A stretch of DNA of 64,000 nucleotides from Edaphosphingomonas fennica (GTDB lineage Bacteria; Pseudomonadota; Alphaproteobacteria; Sphingomonadales; Sphingomonadaceae). The DNA is taken from assembly GCA_036946415.1 (NCBI GenBank), contig JAQIJD010000003.1:107772-171771 (forward strand), given 5' to 3'. The position numbers and the translations under genes were made by a program. This document shows positions 1 through 10,059 of this stretch, piece after piece (the stretch's first letter is position 1; each line of letters begins with the position of its first letter). The notes beneath the pieces are model-generated. The model did no database searches and was not told where the DNA came from. It saw only the letters and a list, made by a program, of their open reading frames with translations.

Positions 1-596
1 TCCGATCGCACCTGGGCGAAGGTCACGGGTGCCGTAGCATGGTAGAACAGATCGCAGCGCTTCTCACCGCGGATCTTGCCCCTGCCGCCGTATTTATTCG
101 GCGTCGTGATCATCACGAAATATTTGCTTTCGAGCACCCCGGTCGCACGCATCGTCATCTCGGTGCCGAATTGCGCGGCCTGACCGGGGCTGAGCAAGGC
201 GCTGCCGATCTTCAATCCCCAGCGGGCCGCCTTCGATTTCTTGCCGTGGCCGGTCACGAGATCGTCCGGATCGACCTTGTAGATCGCGGCGTCGGACGCG
301 CTCAACGGATCGTTGAACCGCGTCCTGGCATGTTTCATCTTCTCGTATCGGCCATGATAGAAGTCGATGTCGCTGCCGCCCGCGGCGCACAGCACATCCA
401 TATGCTGGTCCATATAGGCGATGAAGTCATCCCACTTCTTCTTGCTCGTCATCACGAAGCTGGTCAGCCCGTTCTCGTGCAGGACGAGGCGGCCGGCGGT
501 CGCCGTCGGGGGTGGGGCCCACCCGCTCGGCTGGTTTCCGCCCGGCAGCCCCACCGCCTGCGTCCTGTTCAGATTGACGATCGACGAACGTCCCAC
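1..596 (-). CDS. Hypothetical protein, runs off the left edge (>198 aa; MGRSSIVNLNRTQAVGLPGGNQPSGW...)
   Basis: Translated by hand; absent from the ORF track because its stop lies outside the window. GTG at 596, AGGGGA RBS just upstream, no stop down to position 1, normal globular composition. No family recognised. Confidence 0.7.
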   Translation of the reverse strand, partial: MGRSSIVNLNRTQAVGLPGGNQPSGWAPPPTATAGRLVLHENGLTSFVMTSKKKWDDFIAYMDQHMDVLCAAGGSDIDFYHGRYEKMKHARTRFNDPLSASDAAIYKVDPDDLVTGHGKKSKAARWGLKIGSALLSPGQAAQFGTEMTMRATGVLESKYFVMITTPNKYGGRGKIRGEKRCDLFYHATAPVTFAQVRS

Positions 597-767
597 GGTC
601 TCATTCCCCTTCTGTCCGGCGAGGGTTCGTGCGCTGCCCCGGCACCGCCATCGCGCCCGGCGGTGCGGCAGCATCTCCCCCCGATCCGCTCCGCACGATA
701 GGCCCACCGGCAGGCCGGGGGATCGGCGCTGCGTCTCATTCCGTTGTGACGGAATGCCAAAGCAGGT

Positions 768-1808
768 TCAGGACAGGCTGGCGACCAAGGCGCGATAGCG
801 CTCCCCCGATATCGCCATGTCCGGCAGCGATACGGGGCGCACCGGGTGGTCGGCGTGGCGGCGCAGGTCGCTCATCGTATAGCCGAACGTGCTCCGGAAC
901 AGGCGGGAGAGTGCCGGCATGTCCAGAAAGCCGCAGGCGAAGCCCAGTTCGGCGATGCTGCGCGTATCCGCCGCGTCCACCAGCAGGCGGTGCAGCATCC
1001 GCAGCCGCCGCCGCCGATCGTAGGCGTGGACGCCACCGTCCTGGTGGAATGCCCGGAACAGGCTGGATCGCGAAAGGCCGAGGTCCGCCATCAGCGCCGG
1101 CAGGTCGATCTCGCCCGGCGGCAGCGCGGCGATATGCTGCCGCACGCGGGCGCGCACCCCCATCGTCCGCGCCGGCGCGGAAGCGGGATCGCCCGCGGCG
1201 CGGATCGCCGTCGCCAGCAGGTCGCGCACGATCCGCGACAGGATCGGCACGCTCGCCATCCGCGTCGTCGGCAGGCGCAGGACGAGGGAGCGCAGGAAAT
1301 CGATCAGCACGCGCGTCTCGCCGGTCGACGGCAGCACGCCATGCGCATGGGCGCTGCCCGTCCCCGCCTCCAGGAAGGTGCGCGCCATCGACAGCACCAG
1401 CACGTCGAGCCCGCTGGTGACGGTGACGGACGGCAGGCTGAAATCGTTGACCAGCACCGCGCCGGGCCGGCACGTCTCGCGCCCGTTGCCGCCTTCGAAT
1501 TCCAGCGCGCCGGACAGCGGCACGGTAATCATGTAGTGATCGGCGGGCTGCGCCCGAATCTGCCGCTCGTCGCGGGTCGAGATCACCGAATCGATCCACG
1601 TTTCGGCGAGGATCATCTCGTCCAGCGGCCAGATCGTCGAGCGGACGTGGAACGGCCCCTCGGCATCGCGGGTGATGCGCGACGTCGGGCTGTAGGCGGC
1701 GAAGGCGGCGAGCTGTTCCGGCTCGGGCAGGGCGGCGGTGTCGAAGCGGATCGGCTGGACCGGCGGCCCCTCGTCAGCGGGTGCCGCCCCGGCGGGATCA
1801 GCCGCCAT
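768..1808 (-). CDS. AraC-family transcriptional regulator
   Basis: C-terminal double HTH (LGLSRSSLFRAF...SIAELGFACGFLDMPALSRLFRSTFG) and N-terminal cupin-like ligand domain. ATG at 1808 overlaps the upstream antiporter stop. Confidence 0.88.
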   Translation of the reverse strand: MAADPAGAAPADEGPPVQPIRFDTAALPEPEQLAAFAAYSPTSRITRDAEGPFHVRSTIWPLDEMILAETWIDSVISTRDERQIRAQPADHYMITVPLSGALEFEGGNGRETCRPGAVLVNDFSLPSVTVTSGLDVLVLSMARTFLEAGTGSAHAHGVLPSTGETRVLIDFLRSLVLRLPTTRMASVPILSRIVRDLLATAIRAAGDPASAPARTMGVRARVRQHIAALPPGEIDLPALMADLGLSRSSLFRAFHQDGGVHAYDRRRRLRMLHRLLVDAADTRSIAELGFACGFLDMPALSRLFRSTFGYTMSDLRRHADHPVRPVSLPDMAISGERYRALVASLS

Positions 1809-3573
1809 CGCGCAGCCTGCGCCGCTGGAGACGCGGTTCGCGGTTGATCCGCGCCATCTGCATGATCTTGGTGCGCAGTTCGGCGCGCTTCTCATGGATC
1901 GAGGCGATCACCGGCCCCATCGCCACGCCCAGATCGACCAGCACCGCCTCCGACAATTGCAGCGAGCTTTCCAGCGTCTCGGGCACCGCATCGGTGGCGC
2001 CTGCTCGATACAGTTCCGCCGCATGGTTGGGGTCGCGCGCGCGGGCGACGATCGTGAGGTTCGGGAAGGCGGCGCGTACCTGGCGCGTCAGCCGCACCGT
2101 CGCCACGGGATCGTCCATCGTCAGGATCATGGCGTTGGCGTTGGCGAGGTCCAGCTTGTCGATCATGCCGGGGCGGGCGACGTCCCCGAACGCCGCCGCA
2201 TAGCCGCGCTTGCGGGCGTGGGCAACGGCATCCACGCTGGCGTCGACCGCCAGATAGGGGCGGTGGTGCGCCTGCAACATCTGCGCGACCAGCCGGCCGA
2301 CGCGGCCGAGGCCGACGATCACCGTCCGCTCGCCGTCCGCCTGCGGCAGATCGACCGTCAGCGCCGCGCGGTCGCGCCGTTCGACGCGCAGGCCGGCCTG
2401 CCGGCCGATCCCGGCGAGCAGGGGCGTGATGGTGAGGCCGATCGCCGTCACGATCTGCCAGAAGCCGGCGGTGCCGGCCGAGATCAGCCCGGCCTGCACC
2501 GCCGTCGCCAGCACGATCAGCGTCGTTTCGGACGGGGACGCCATCAGCAGCCCCGCCTCCGCCGCCACCGCGGACCGCGATCCCGCCACGCGCAGGATGG
2601 CGGCCGTCACCACCGCCTTCACCGCCACCACGCCGGCGACCGCGCCCAGCAGCGCGGCCCAATTGTCGAGGATGATGGCGACGTCCACGCTCATGCCGAC
2701 GGTGATCAGGAACACGCCCAGCGCCAGCCCCTTGAACGGCGCGGTGATCAACTCGACCTCGCGGTGATAGTCGGTCTCGGCGATCAATATGCCCGCCAGC
2801 AGCGCGCCGACGATGGGCGAGAGGCCGGCCGAGGTGGTGGCGATGGAGGCGAGGATCACGACGAGCAGGCTCGCCGCCAGGAACAGTTCGGGGCTCTTGG
2901 TGCGCGCGGCCTGTGCGAACAGGCGGGGCAGCAACAGCCGCCCCAGCACCAGCAGCACCGCGATCGTCGCCATGCCGATCGCGACGGTGCGGGCGAGGCC
3001 GTGCCACCCCTCGTCGGTGGCGGTGGGGGCGAGGGCGGCGAGCGCGAAGATGATCGGCACCAGCGCCACATCCTCGAACAGCAGCATCGCGAAGGCGCGC
3101 CGGCCGACCGGGCTGGCGGTGCCCACCATCGGCAGCACCAGCGCCGTCGAGGACAAGGCGAGCGCGAAGCCCAGGCCGAGGCCCCCCGCCACGCTCTGCC
3201 CCAGCGTCACGAAGCCCGCCGCCAGCACCAGCCCGGACAGTGCCAGTTCGGCAAGGCCGAGGCCGAACACCATCCGCCGCATCGCCCACAGCCGGGCGAA
3301 CGAAAGTTCCAGCCCGATCGAGAACAGCAGGAGGATGATGCCGAACTGCGCGAAGGGCGCGATCGATCCCGGCTCGCTGATCGTCAGGTGATAGAGCCAC
3401 GGGACTTGCGGCACGAACCGCCCGAATCCCGCCGGCCCGACCGCGAGGCCGACGAGGATGAAGCCGATCACCGGATTGACGCGGAAGCGGGCGAAGGCCG
3501 GGATGACGAGGCCGGCGGCCCCCAGGATGACCAGCGAATCGCTGAAGGCCGTCGAATGGATCGGAAGCGCCAT
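1798..3573 (-). CDS. CPA2 cation:proton antiporter, KefB/KefC-like, with C-terminal TrkA-N (KTN) domain
   Basis: Many TM segments, LLFSIGLEL, LSSTA and LLFED motifs, GLGRVG Rossmann motif, ARARD...GAT...PETLESSLQL. Confidence 0.9.
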   Translation of the reverse strand: MALPIHSTAFSDSLVILGAAGLVIPAFARFRVNPVIGFILVGLAVGPAGFGRFVPQVPWLYHLTISEPGSIAPFAQFGIILLLFSIGLELSFARLWAMRRMVFGLGLAELALSGLVLAAGFVTLGQSVAGGLGLGFALALSSTALVLPMVGTASPVGRRAFAMLLFEDVALVPIIFALAALAPTATDEGWHGLARTVAIGMATIAVLLVLGRLLLPRLFAQAARTKSPELFLAASLLVVILASIATTSAGLSPIVGALLAGILIAETDYHREVELITAPFKGLALGVFLITVGMSVDVAIILDNWAALLGAVAGVVAVKAVVTAAILRVAGSRSAVAAEAGLLMASPSETTLIVLATAVQAGLISAGTAGFWQIVTAIGLTITPLLAGIGRQAGLRVERRDRAALTVDLPQADGERTVIVGLGRVGRLVAQMLQAHHRPYLAVDASVDAVAHARKRGYAAAFGDVARPGMIDKLDLANANAMILTMDDPVATVRLTRQVRAAFPNLTIVARARDPNHAAELYRAGATDAVPETLESSLQLSEAVLVDLGVAMGPVIASIHEKRAELRTKIMQMARINREPRLQRRRLRDGG

Positions 3574-3674
3574 GCGCGCATTGTTCAGGCAAAGCGGCGC
3601 GATTGCCACAGCCGATGTGGCAGAACTGCCGGCGCACGCCGGCCGCGCCTAACCGAAGGGGGACCGACCGACGC

Positions 3675-5303
3675 ATGCACCACACGCCGCTCATCGCCAC
3701 GATCGTCGCCGGCATCGTCCTCGCGTTCGTGATGGGCAGCGCCGCGCAGCGGCTCAGGCTGCCGCCGCTTATCGGCTATCTGGCGGCGGGCGTGCTGATC
3801 GGCCCCTTCACGCCGGGCTATGTCGCCGATCAGCCGCTCGCCAACGAACTGGCCGAACTGGGCGTGATCCTGCTGATGTTCGGCGTCGGCCTGCATTTCT
3901 CGCTGAAGGATCTGCTGGCGGTGCGACGCGTCGCCATTCCCGGCGCGGTCGTGCAGATCGCAGTGGCGACGGCGATGGGCTGGGCGCTGGCGGCGGCGAT
4001 GGGCTGGTCGCTCGGCAGCGGGCTGCTGTTCGGCCTCGCTCTGTCGGTGGCGAGCACCGTCGTGCTGCTGCGCGCCCTTCAGGAGCGACGACTGATCGAT
4101 ACCGATCGCGGGCGGATCGCGGTCGGCTGGCTGATCGTCGAGGATCTGGTGATGGTGCTGGCGCTGGTGATGATCCCGGCGCTGGCCGGCGGGGTCGTCT
4201 CCGCCTCCGCACTGGGGCTTGCCGCCGGGGTGACGTTGCTGAAGGTCGGCGCGTTCGTGGCGGTCATGCTGCTGATCGGCCAGCGGGCGATCCCGTGGCT
4301 GCTCCACCTCGTCGCCCATTCCGGCTCGCGCGAATTGTTCCGCCTGGCGGTGCTGGCGGTGGCGCTGGGCGTGGCCTTCGGCGCGGCGCTGCTGTTCGGC
4401 GTGTCCTTCGCGCTCGGCGCCTTCTTCGCGGGCATGATCCTCGCCGAAAGCCCGTTGAGCGCCCGCGCCGCGGAGGAGACGCTGCCGCTGCGCGACGCCT
4501 TCGCCGTGCTCTTCTTCGTCTCGGTCGGCATGCTGTTCAATCCCAGCATCGTCGTCGAGGCGCCGCTGGCGCTGCTGGCGACGCTCGCCATCATCGTCCT
4601 CGGCAAGTCGCTGGCCGCCTATGCGATCGTGCTGCTGTTCGGGCGGGATCGCCGGACCGCGCTGACGATCTCCGCCAGCCTCGCCCAAATCGGCGAATTC
4701 TCCTTCATTCTCGCGACCTTGGGCCGGCAGCTTGAGATCCTGCCGCAACAGGCGAGCGACCTCATCCTCGCCGGTGCGATCCTCTCCATCCTGCTCAATC
4801 CGCTATTGTTCATCCTGATCGACCGGGTGATCGGCAAGTCGGTCGGCGTCGACGACGAACATCCGCTGGGGGAGGCGCCGCCGGTCGCGACGACGGGGCC
4901 GGTGGTGCTGGTCGGCTTCGGCCGCGTCGGGCGGATCGTCGCGGCGGACCTGATCGCCGCCAACCAGCGGATGACGCTGATCGAGGCGCAGGACGATCTG
5001 TCCGGCCTGCCCCACGACCGCGCCAACGTCCGTCTCGTCTTCGGCAATGCCGCCTCGGCCGATGTGCTGACCCGCGCCGGCATCGCCCAGGCGCGGCTGC
5101 TGTTCGTGGCGGTGCCGGAGGCGTTCGAGGCAGGACAGGTGGTGGCGCAGGCGCGGGCGATGAACCCGGCGATCCGCATCGTCGCCCGCGCCCATAGCGA
5201 CGCCTTCGTCAAGCATGTGACGGCGTGCGGCGCCGACGCGGCGATCATGGGCGAACGCGAGATCGCCCGCCGCATGGTGGAAGAAGCCTTGAGCGGGCAC
5301 TGA
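3675..5303 (+). CDS. ybaL: CPA2 cation:proton antiporter, YbaL/RosB-like
   Basis: MHHTPLIATIV start, GPFTPG, LMFGVGLHFS, SVASTVVLLRAL, PLRDAFAVLFFVSVG, AQIGEFSF, KTN domain GFGRVG. Confidence 0.88.
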   Translation: MHHTPLIATIVAGIVLAFVMGSAAQRLRLPPLIGYLAAGVLIGPFTPGYVADQPLANELAELGVILLMFGVGLHFSLKDLLAVRRVAIPGAVVQIAVATAMGWALAAAMGWSLGSGLLFGLALSVASTVVLLRALQERRLIDTDRGRIAVGWLIVEDLVMVLALVMIPALAGGVVSASALGLAAGVTLLKVGAFVAVMLLIGQRAIPWLLHLVAHSGSRELFRLAVLAVALGVAFGAALLFGVSFALGAFFAGMILAESPLSARAAEETLPLRDAFAVLFFVSVGMLFNPSIVVEAPLALLATLAIIVLGKSLAAYAIVLLFGRDRRTALTISASLAQIGEFSFILATLGRQLEILPQQASDLILAGAILSILLNPLLFILIDRVIGKSVGVDDEHPLGEAPPVATTGPVVLVGFGRVGRIVAADLIAANQRMTLIEAQDDLSGLPHDRANVRLVFGNAASADVLTRAGIAQARLLFVAVPEAFEAGQVVAQARAMNPAIRIVARAHSDAFVKHVTACGADAAIMGEREIARRMVEEALSGH

Positions 5304-5310
5304 CACGGAA

Positions 5311-5340
5311 AGGGGCGGCACCGTCGCCGGTGCCGCCCCT
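5311..5340. terminator. Hairpin between convergent ybaL and icd
   Basis: AGGGGCGGCACC-gtcgcc-GGTGCCGCCCCT, 12-bp perfect stem. Confidence 0.7.
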
Positions 5341-5376
5341 CATGCGGCGTCCTTGAGACGCCGTCTCAAGTATCGA

Positions 5377-6597
5377 TCAGGCCCAGCCGGCCATCTCGCT
5401 CTCGAGGTTGACGCGGATCTGCTCGAAGAACTGCTCGGTCGTCATCCACGCCTGATCGGGGCCGATCAGGATCGCCAGATCCTTGGTCATGTGCCCGTCC
5501 TCGACGGTCTTGATGCAGACGCGCTCCAGCGTCTCGGCGAAGCGCACCACGTCGGGCGTGTCGTCGAACTTGCCGCGGAACTTGAGGCCGCCGGTCCAGG
5601 CGAAGATCGAGGCGATCGGGTTGGTCGAGGTCGACTTGCCCTGCTGGTGCATGCGGTAGTGGCGCGTCACGGTGCCGTGCGCGGCTTCCGCCTCGATCGT
5701 CTTGCCGTCGGGCGTCATCAGCACGCTGGTCATCAGGCCCAGCGAGCCGAAGCCCTGCGCCACCTGGTCCGACTGGACGTCGCCGTCGTAATTCTTGCAG
5801 GCCCAGACGAACTTGCCGCTCCACTTCAAGGCGCTCGCCACCATGTCGTCGATCAGGCGATGCTGATATTCGATGCCGGCTTCGGCGAACTTGTCCTTGA
5901 ACTCGTTGTCGAACACTTCCTGGAACAGATCCATGAAGCGGCCGTCATATTGCTTGAGGATGGTGTTCTTGGTGCTGAGATACAGCGGCCACTTGCGGCC
6001 CAGCGCGTAATTCATGCTGGCGCGGGCGAAGTCGCGGATCGAATCGTCGAGGTTGTACATCGCCAGCGCCACGCCCGGCGCCTTATAGTCGTAGACCTCG
6101 CGGTCGATCGTCTCGCCATTCTCGCCTTCCCAGACGAGGCGCAGCTTGCCCGGGCCGGGCACCTTGAAGTCGGTGGCGCGATACTGGTCGCCGAAGGCGT
6201 GGCGGCCGACGACGATCGGGTCGGTCCAGCCGGGGATCAGCCGCGGCACGTTCTTGATGACGATCGGTTCGCGGAAGATGGTGCCGCCCAATATGTTGCG
6301 GATCGTGCCGTTGGGCGACTTCCACATCTCCTTCAGGCCGAATTCCTCGACGCGGCCCTTGTCCGGCGTGATTGTCGCGCACTTCACGCCGACGCCATAT
6401 TTCTTGATCGCCTCGGCGCTGTCGATGGTGATCTGGTCGCCCGTCTCGTCGCGCTTCTTCACGTCCAGATCATAATAGACGAGGTCGATGTCGAGATAGG
6501 GCTGGATCAGCCGCTCCCGGATCCACGCCCAGATGATCCGCGTCATCTCGTCGCCGTCGATCTCGACGAGCGGGGTCTTCACCTTGATCTTCGCCAT
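5377..6597 (-). CDS. icd: NADP-dependent isocitrate dehydrogenase
   Basis: [51 protein letters not shown]. Confidence 0.97.
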   Translation of the reverse strand: MAKIKVKTPLVEIDGDEMTRIIWAWIRERLIQPYLDIDLVYYDLDVKKRDETGDQITIDSAEAIKKYGVGVKCATITPDKGRVEEFGLKEMWKSPNGTIRNILGGTIFREPIVIKNVPRLIPGWTDPIVVGRHAFGDQYRATDFKVPGPGKLRLVWEGENGETIDREVYDYKAPGVALAMYNLDDSIRDFARASMNYALGRKWPLYLSTKNTILKQYDGRFMDLFQEVFDNEFKDKFAEAGIEYQHRLIDDMVASALKWSGKFVWACKNYDGDVQSDQVAQGFGSLGLMTSVLMTPDGKTIEAEAAHGTVTRHYRMHQQGKSTSTNPIASIFAWTGGLKFRGKFDDTPDVVRFAETLERVCIKTVEDGHMTKDLAILIGPDQAWMTTEQFFEQIRVNLESEMAGWA

Positions 6598-6632
6598 GCT
6601 GCTCTCGCGCTGGAGGGGGAATGGGGCAGGCT

Positions 6633-7144
6633 CTACGGGGCGATGCGCGACGTTTCAACCGCGACGACGGGCGGTGCGGCGAGCGTTTCGGCGAACGCTG
6701 CGATGGCGCGGGGCGAACCGAGGCGGATCGCCGGCACCGCCCGTCGCTCGAAGAGGCGTGCGTAAGCGGCCCGATTGCCGGGCGTCGTCACGAGGATATG
6801 ACGGATCATCGCCCATTTCACGCTGTCGCGTCCACAGCGGCGGACATAGCGGAACAGGCTGATCGCGGCCGGAACGTCGAGCAGGATAAGGCCCGTGGCC
6901 CGCGCCAGCCGCTGCGGCAGCAGTGCGGAATAATTGCCCTCGATCACCCATTCGTCGCCTGCGATGGCGATATCGTGCAGGTGGGCGAAGTCCGCGTCGG
7001 GCCGCGGCACCCAGTCGCTGCCCGGCAGGTGGCGCAGCCGGTCGAGGTGAACGGGCGGGAGGCAAGCGCCACGGCCAGCGTTGATTTGCCGCTGTTCGAC
7101 GGGCCGAGGATGCAGATGCGGCGGCCGAGATCGTCGATCGTCAT
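6633..7144 (-). pseudogene. Adenylate-kinase-like P-loop protein (FlaR / 'topology modulation protein' family), frameshifted near 7062
   Basis: N-terminus [16 protein letters not shown] is in one frame and [15 protein letters not shown]...WVIEGNYS...[12 protein letters not shown] is in another. Confidence 0.7.
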
Positions 7145-7214
7145 CGCCACCGCCCCCGTGCGCCCATGCCCGGATCGGTTGTATCCGCACGGCTCGTCCC
7201 ATAGAAGCGGCGGT

Positions 7215-7952
7215 ATGACCTCGATCGAACCGGCGTCGTCCGCCGCGACCCCCAGCGCGCGCTGGCGTTGGCCCGCCGTCCATCCCGAAGGCCGCAAGTT
7301 CGTCGCCATCGCCGCGGCGATCACCCTCTTTTTCGCGCTGATGGCGTGGGAAACGCTGGCGTGGCCGATGGCGGGCGTCACCATCTGGGTCGCCGCCTTC
7401 TTCCGCGATCCGGTCCGCAGCGTGCCGCAGGGGCGCGATTTGATCGTCTCGCCCGCAGACGGCCTCGTCACGATGATCCAGCCGGTGGCGCTGCCGCGCG
7501 AACTGGCCGGACCGGAGGCGCTGGGCGATCAGCCGCTCGTCCGCATCTCGATTTTCATGAGCGTGTTCGACGTGCACATCAACCGCACGCCGATCACCGG
7601 CACGATCCGCCGCGTCGTCTACATCTCGGGCAAGTTCCTGAATGCCAGCCTCGACAAGGCGAGCGAGGAGAATGAGCGCCAGCATATCCTGGTCGAGGAT
7701 GCCGACGGCCGCCGGATCGGCTTCACCCAGATCGCCGGGCTGGTCGCTAGGCGGATCCTGCCGTTCGTCAAGCCGGGCGATATCGTCGCCGCCGGCCAGC
7801 GGATCGGCCTGATCCGCTTCGGCAGCCGGGTCGACGTTTTCCTCCCCGCCGGCACCGCCCCGCTCGTCACGCTCGGCCAGCGCGCCATCGCCGGCGAGAC
7901 GATACTGGGCGTGATCGGCGAGGATCGCACGCTCGTGGGGCAGAAGCTGTGA
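7215..7952 (+). CDS. psd: Phosphatidylserine decarboxylase proenzyme
   Basis: [40 protein letters not shown] (GS self-cleavage site). Confidence 0.93.
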   Translation: MTSIEPASSAATPSARWRWPAVHPEGRKFVAIAAAITLFFALMAWETLAWPMAGVTIWVAAFFRDPVRSVPQGRDLIVSPADGLVTMIQPVALPRELAGPEALGDQPLVRISIFMSVFDVHINRTPITGTIRRVVYISGKFLNASLDKASEENERQHILVEDADGRRIGFTQIAGLVARRILPFVKPGDIVAAGQRIGLIRFGSRVDVFLPAGTAPLVTLGQRAIAGETILGVIGEDRTLVGQKL

Positions 7953-7992
7953 GCGCCGTCGGCTCCGCCGCGGCGGCCGGGGAGGGGCGGCG

Positions 7993-8800
7993 ATGATGCG
8001 CCCGCGCGGCGACCGGCGCGGCATCCCCCTGCGCGCGCTCGCCCCCCAATGCGGTCACGGCGCTCGCGCTGTGCTTCGGCCTTACCGGCGTCCGCTTCGC
8101 CATCGCCGCCGCCCAGCAGGGGGAGCCGGCGCTGTGGGGCATGGCGGTGGCGATGATCGTCGGCGCCGGCATCCTCGACGGGCTCGACGGCCGCATCGCC
8201 CGGCTGCTGAAGGGCGAAAGCCGCTTCGGCGCCGAGCTCGATTCGCTGTCGGACGTGATCGCCTTCGGCGTCTCGCCGGCGATCATCCTCTATCTGTGGG
8301 CGTTGCAGGCATTGCCGCAGTTCGGCTGGATCGTCGCATTGAGCCATGCGGTCTGCTGCGCGCTGCGCCTCGCCCGCTTCAATTCCAACCTCGATGTCGG
8401 CGATCAGCCGCAGAAATCGGCGGGGTTCCTGACCGGGATTCCGGCGCCGGCCGGCGCCGGCCTGGCGCTGCTGCCGCTGATGCTGTGGTTGGTGTCGCAG
8501 GGCACCGGCCTGTCCGAGCCGTTCCGCGCCTTCTACATCGTCGGGCCGTGGACGATCCTCGTCGCGTTCCTGATGATCTCCGACATCGCGACCTACAGCT
8601 GGTCGTCGATCCGGCTGCGACCGGGCATGCGGCTGGGCGTCCTAGTCGCGGTGGCGCTGGTCGGCGCGTCGCTGGTCACGGCCCCCTGGGCCACGCTCAG
8701 CCTGATCGCGCTTCTCTATGTCGGCAGCGTGCCTTTCTCGGCGCGTGCCTATGCGCGGATCAGGCGGCGCGCCGCCGTTCCGCCACCGCCCGCGGCCTGA
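7993..8800 (+). CDS. pssA: CDP-diacylglycerol--serine O-phosphatidyltransferase (one extra C in the C-run at 8042-8047, probable sequencing error)
   Basis: [27 protein letters not shown] motif. The N-terminal PNAVT is restored by removing one C. Follows psd. Confidence 0.88.
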
Positions 8801-8981
8801 TCGCCAGCGATCGCACCCGCCGCGCCCGCGCCACCAACCGCGCGCGCGGCGCCGTGGGGGCGGCGCTGCCGAACAGCGCCTGCGCGATCTCCGCACGATG
8901 CTCCGCCAGGCCGCGCACCATCACCGACAGCGCCAGCGCCATCGCACATCCGTAGATCATGACCGCGATCATATGTGTCAT
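8760..8981 (-). CDS. Small (73 aa) single-TM protein, probably SOS-regulated
   Basis: [38 protein letters not shown]...RRRAA; GGAG RBS; LexA box and TTGACA upstream. Confidence 0.7.
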   Translation of the reverse strand: MTHMIAVMIYGCAMALALSVMVRGLAEHRAEIAQALFGSAAPTAPRARLVARARRVRSLAIRPRAVAERRRAA

Positions 8982-9053
8982 CTCCGTGCCTCCCGCCTGA
9001 CGGGCTGGCCAAACTGTCAAAAACAACAGTCCCATCCGTCGCTTGTTCCGCAT

Positions 9054-9068
9054 GTTCACCATATGTTC
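9054..9068. promoter_or_regulatory. Alphaproteobacterial LexA (SOS) box GTTC-N7-GTTC
   Basis: GTTCaccatatGTTC, with an extra GTTC at 9045-9048. Lies just downstream of a minus-strand TTGACA (9074-9079). Confidence 0.78.
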
Positions 9069-9082
9069 CGGTCTGTCAACCC

Positions 9083-9111
9083 TTGTCTTTCCGGATGGGG
9101 GGCGGTAAGGG
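9083..9111 (+). promoter_or_regulatory. Probable sigma70 promoter of rpsB-tsf
   Basis: TTGTCT-N17-TAAGGG, the alphaproteobacterial housekeeping pattern. Confidence 0.55.
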
Positions 9112-9120
9112 CGCGGCCAT

Positions 9121-9197
9121 TCCACATGCGGGGCGCCATAACCGGTGCCGCGGCCTTCCTCGGAAGGCCCGGTCACTGCCCCGCAGAGGTCAACCGG
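9121..9197 (+). ncRNA. rpsB 5' leader (t44 / S2-autoregulatory-like structure)
   Basis: TGCGGGGC(9127-34) pairs with GCCCCGCA(9178-85); inner hairpin GGCCTTCC-tc-GGAAGGCC; CCGGT/ACCGG pairing; located directly before rpsB. Confidence 0.6.
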
Positions 9198-9212
9198 GAA
9201 GGAGAAAATCCT

Positions 9213-9965
9213 ATGGCGGCTCCCACCGTCTCCATGCAGGCGCTGCTCGAATCGGGCGCGCACTTCGGCCACCAGACGCACCGCTGGAACCCGAAGATGA
9301 AGCCCTACATCTTCGGCGATCGCAACGGCGTCCACATCATCGACCTGTCGCAGACGGTGCCGCTGTTCGCCCGCGCGCTCGATTTCATCAGCCAGACGGT
9401 CGCCAGCGGCGGCAAGGTGCTGTTCGTCGGCACCAAGCGCCAGGCGCAGGAGCCGATCGCCGAGGCGGCGCGCATGTCGGGCCAGCATTACGTCAACCAC
9501 CGCTGGCTGGGCGGCATGCTCACCAACTGGAAGACGATCTCCGGCTCGATCAAGCGCTACAAGTCGCTGGAAGAGCAGCTCGCCGGGGATACGCACGGCC
9601 TGACCAAGAAGGAAGTCCTCCAGCTCACGCGTGAGCGCGACAAGTTCGAGCTGTCGCTGGGCGGCATCCGCGACATGGGCGGCATCCCGGACGTGATGTT
9701 CGTGATCGACGCCAACAAGGAGGAACTGGCGATCAAGGAGGCCAATACGCTCGGCATCCCGGTCGTCGCGATCCTCGATTCGAACGTGTCGCCGGACGGC
9801 ATCGCCTTCCCGGTGCCCGCCAACGACGACGCCAGCCGCGCCATCCGCCTCTATTGCGAGGCCGTGGCCGAGGCCGCGACGCGCGGCAGCCAGGGCGGCC
9901 GCGCCGCCCGCGGCGAGGATCTGGGCGCCATGGCCGAGCCGGTCGCCGAAGAGGCGCTGGCGTAA
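9213..9965 (+). CDS. rpsB: 30S ribosomal protein S2
   Basis: [39 protein letters not shown]. Confidence 0.98.
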   Translation: MAAPTVSMQALLESGAHFGHQTHRWNPKMKPYIFGDRNGVHIIDLSQTVPLFARALDFISQTVASGGKVLFVGTKRQAQEPIAEAARMSGQHYVNHRWLGGMLTNWKTISGSIKRYKSLEEQLAGDTHGLTKKEVLQLTRERDKFELSLGGIRDMGGIPDVMFVIDANKEELAIKEANTLGIPVVAILDSNVSPDGIAFPVPANDDASRAIRLYCEAVAEAATRGSQGGRAARGEDLGAMAEPVAEEALA

Positions 9966-10012
9966 CATCCCGGTCGCACGCCCGGCGTAGCGCCGGGCGT
10001 GCGGACCATCCG

Positions 10013-10039
10013 CCGCGGGGGTCGCCCCCCGCGGTTTTT
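10013..10039 (+). terminator. Intrinsic terminator/attenuator between rpsB and tsf
   Basis: CCGCGGGGG...CCCCCGCGG followed by TTTTT. Confidence 0.6.
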
Positions 10040-10059
10040 GTATCGAAAGGATCGAGGAC

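Noticed and set aside
39-701. 220-aa plus-strand ORF
   Set aside because: Antisense to the better-supported minus-strand ORF at 1-596, which has an RBS and follows the AraC gene.
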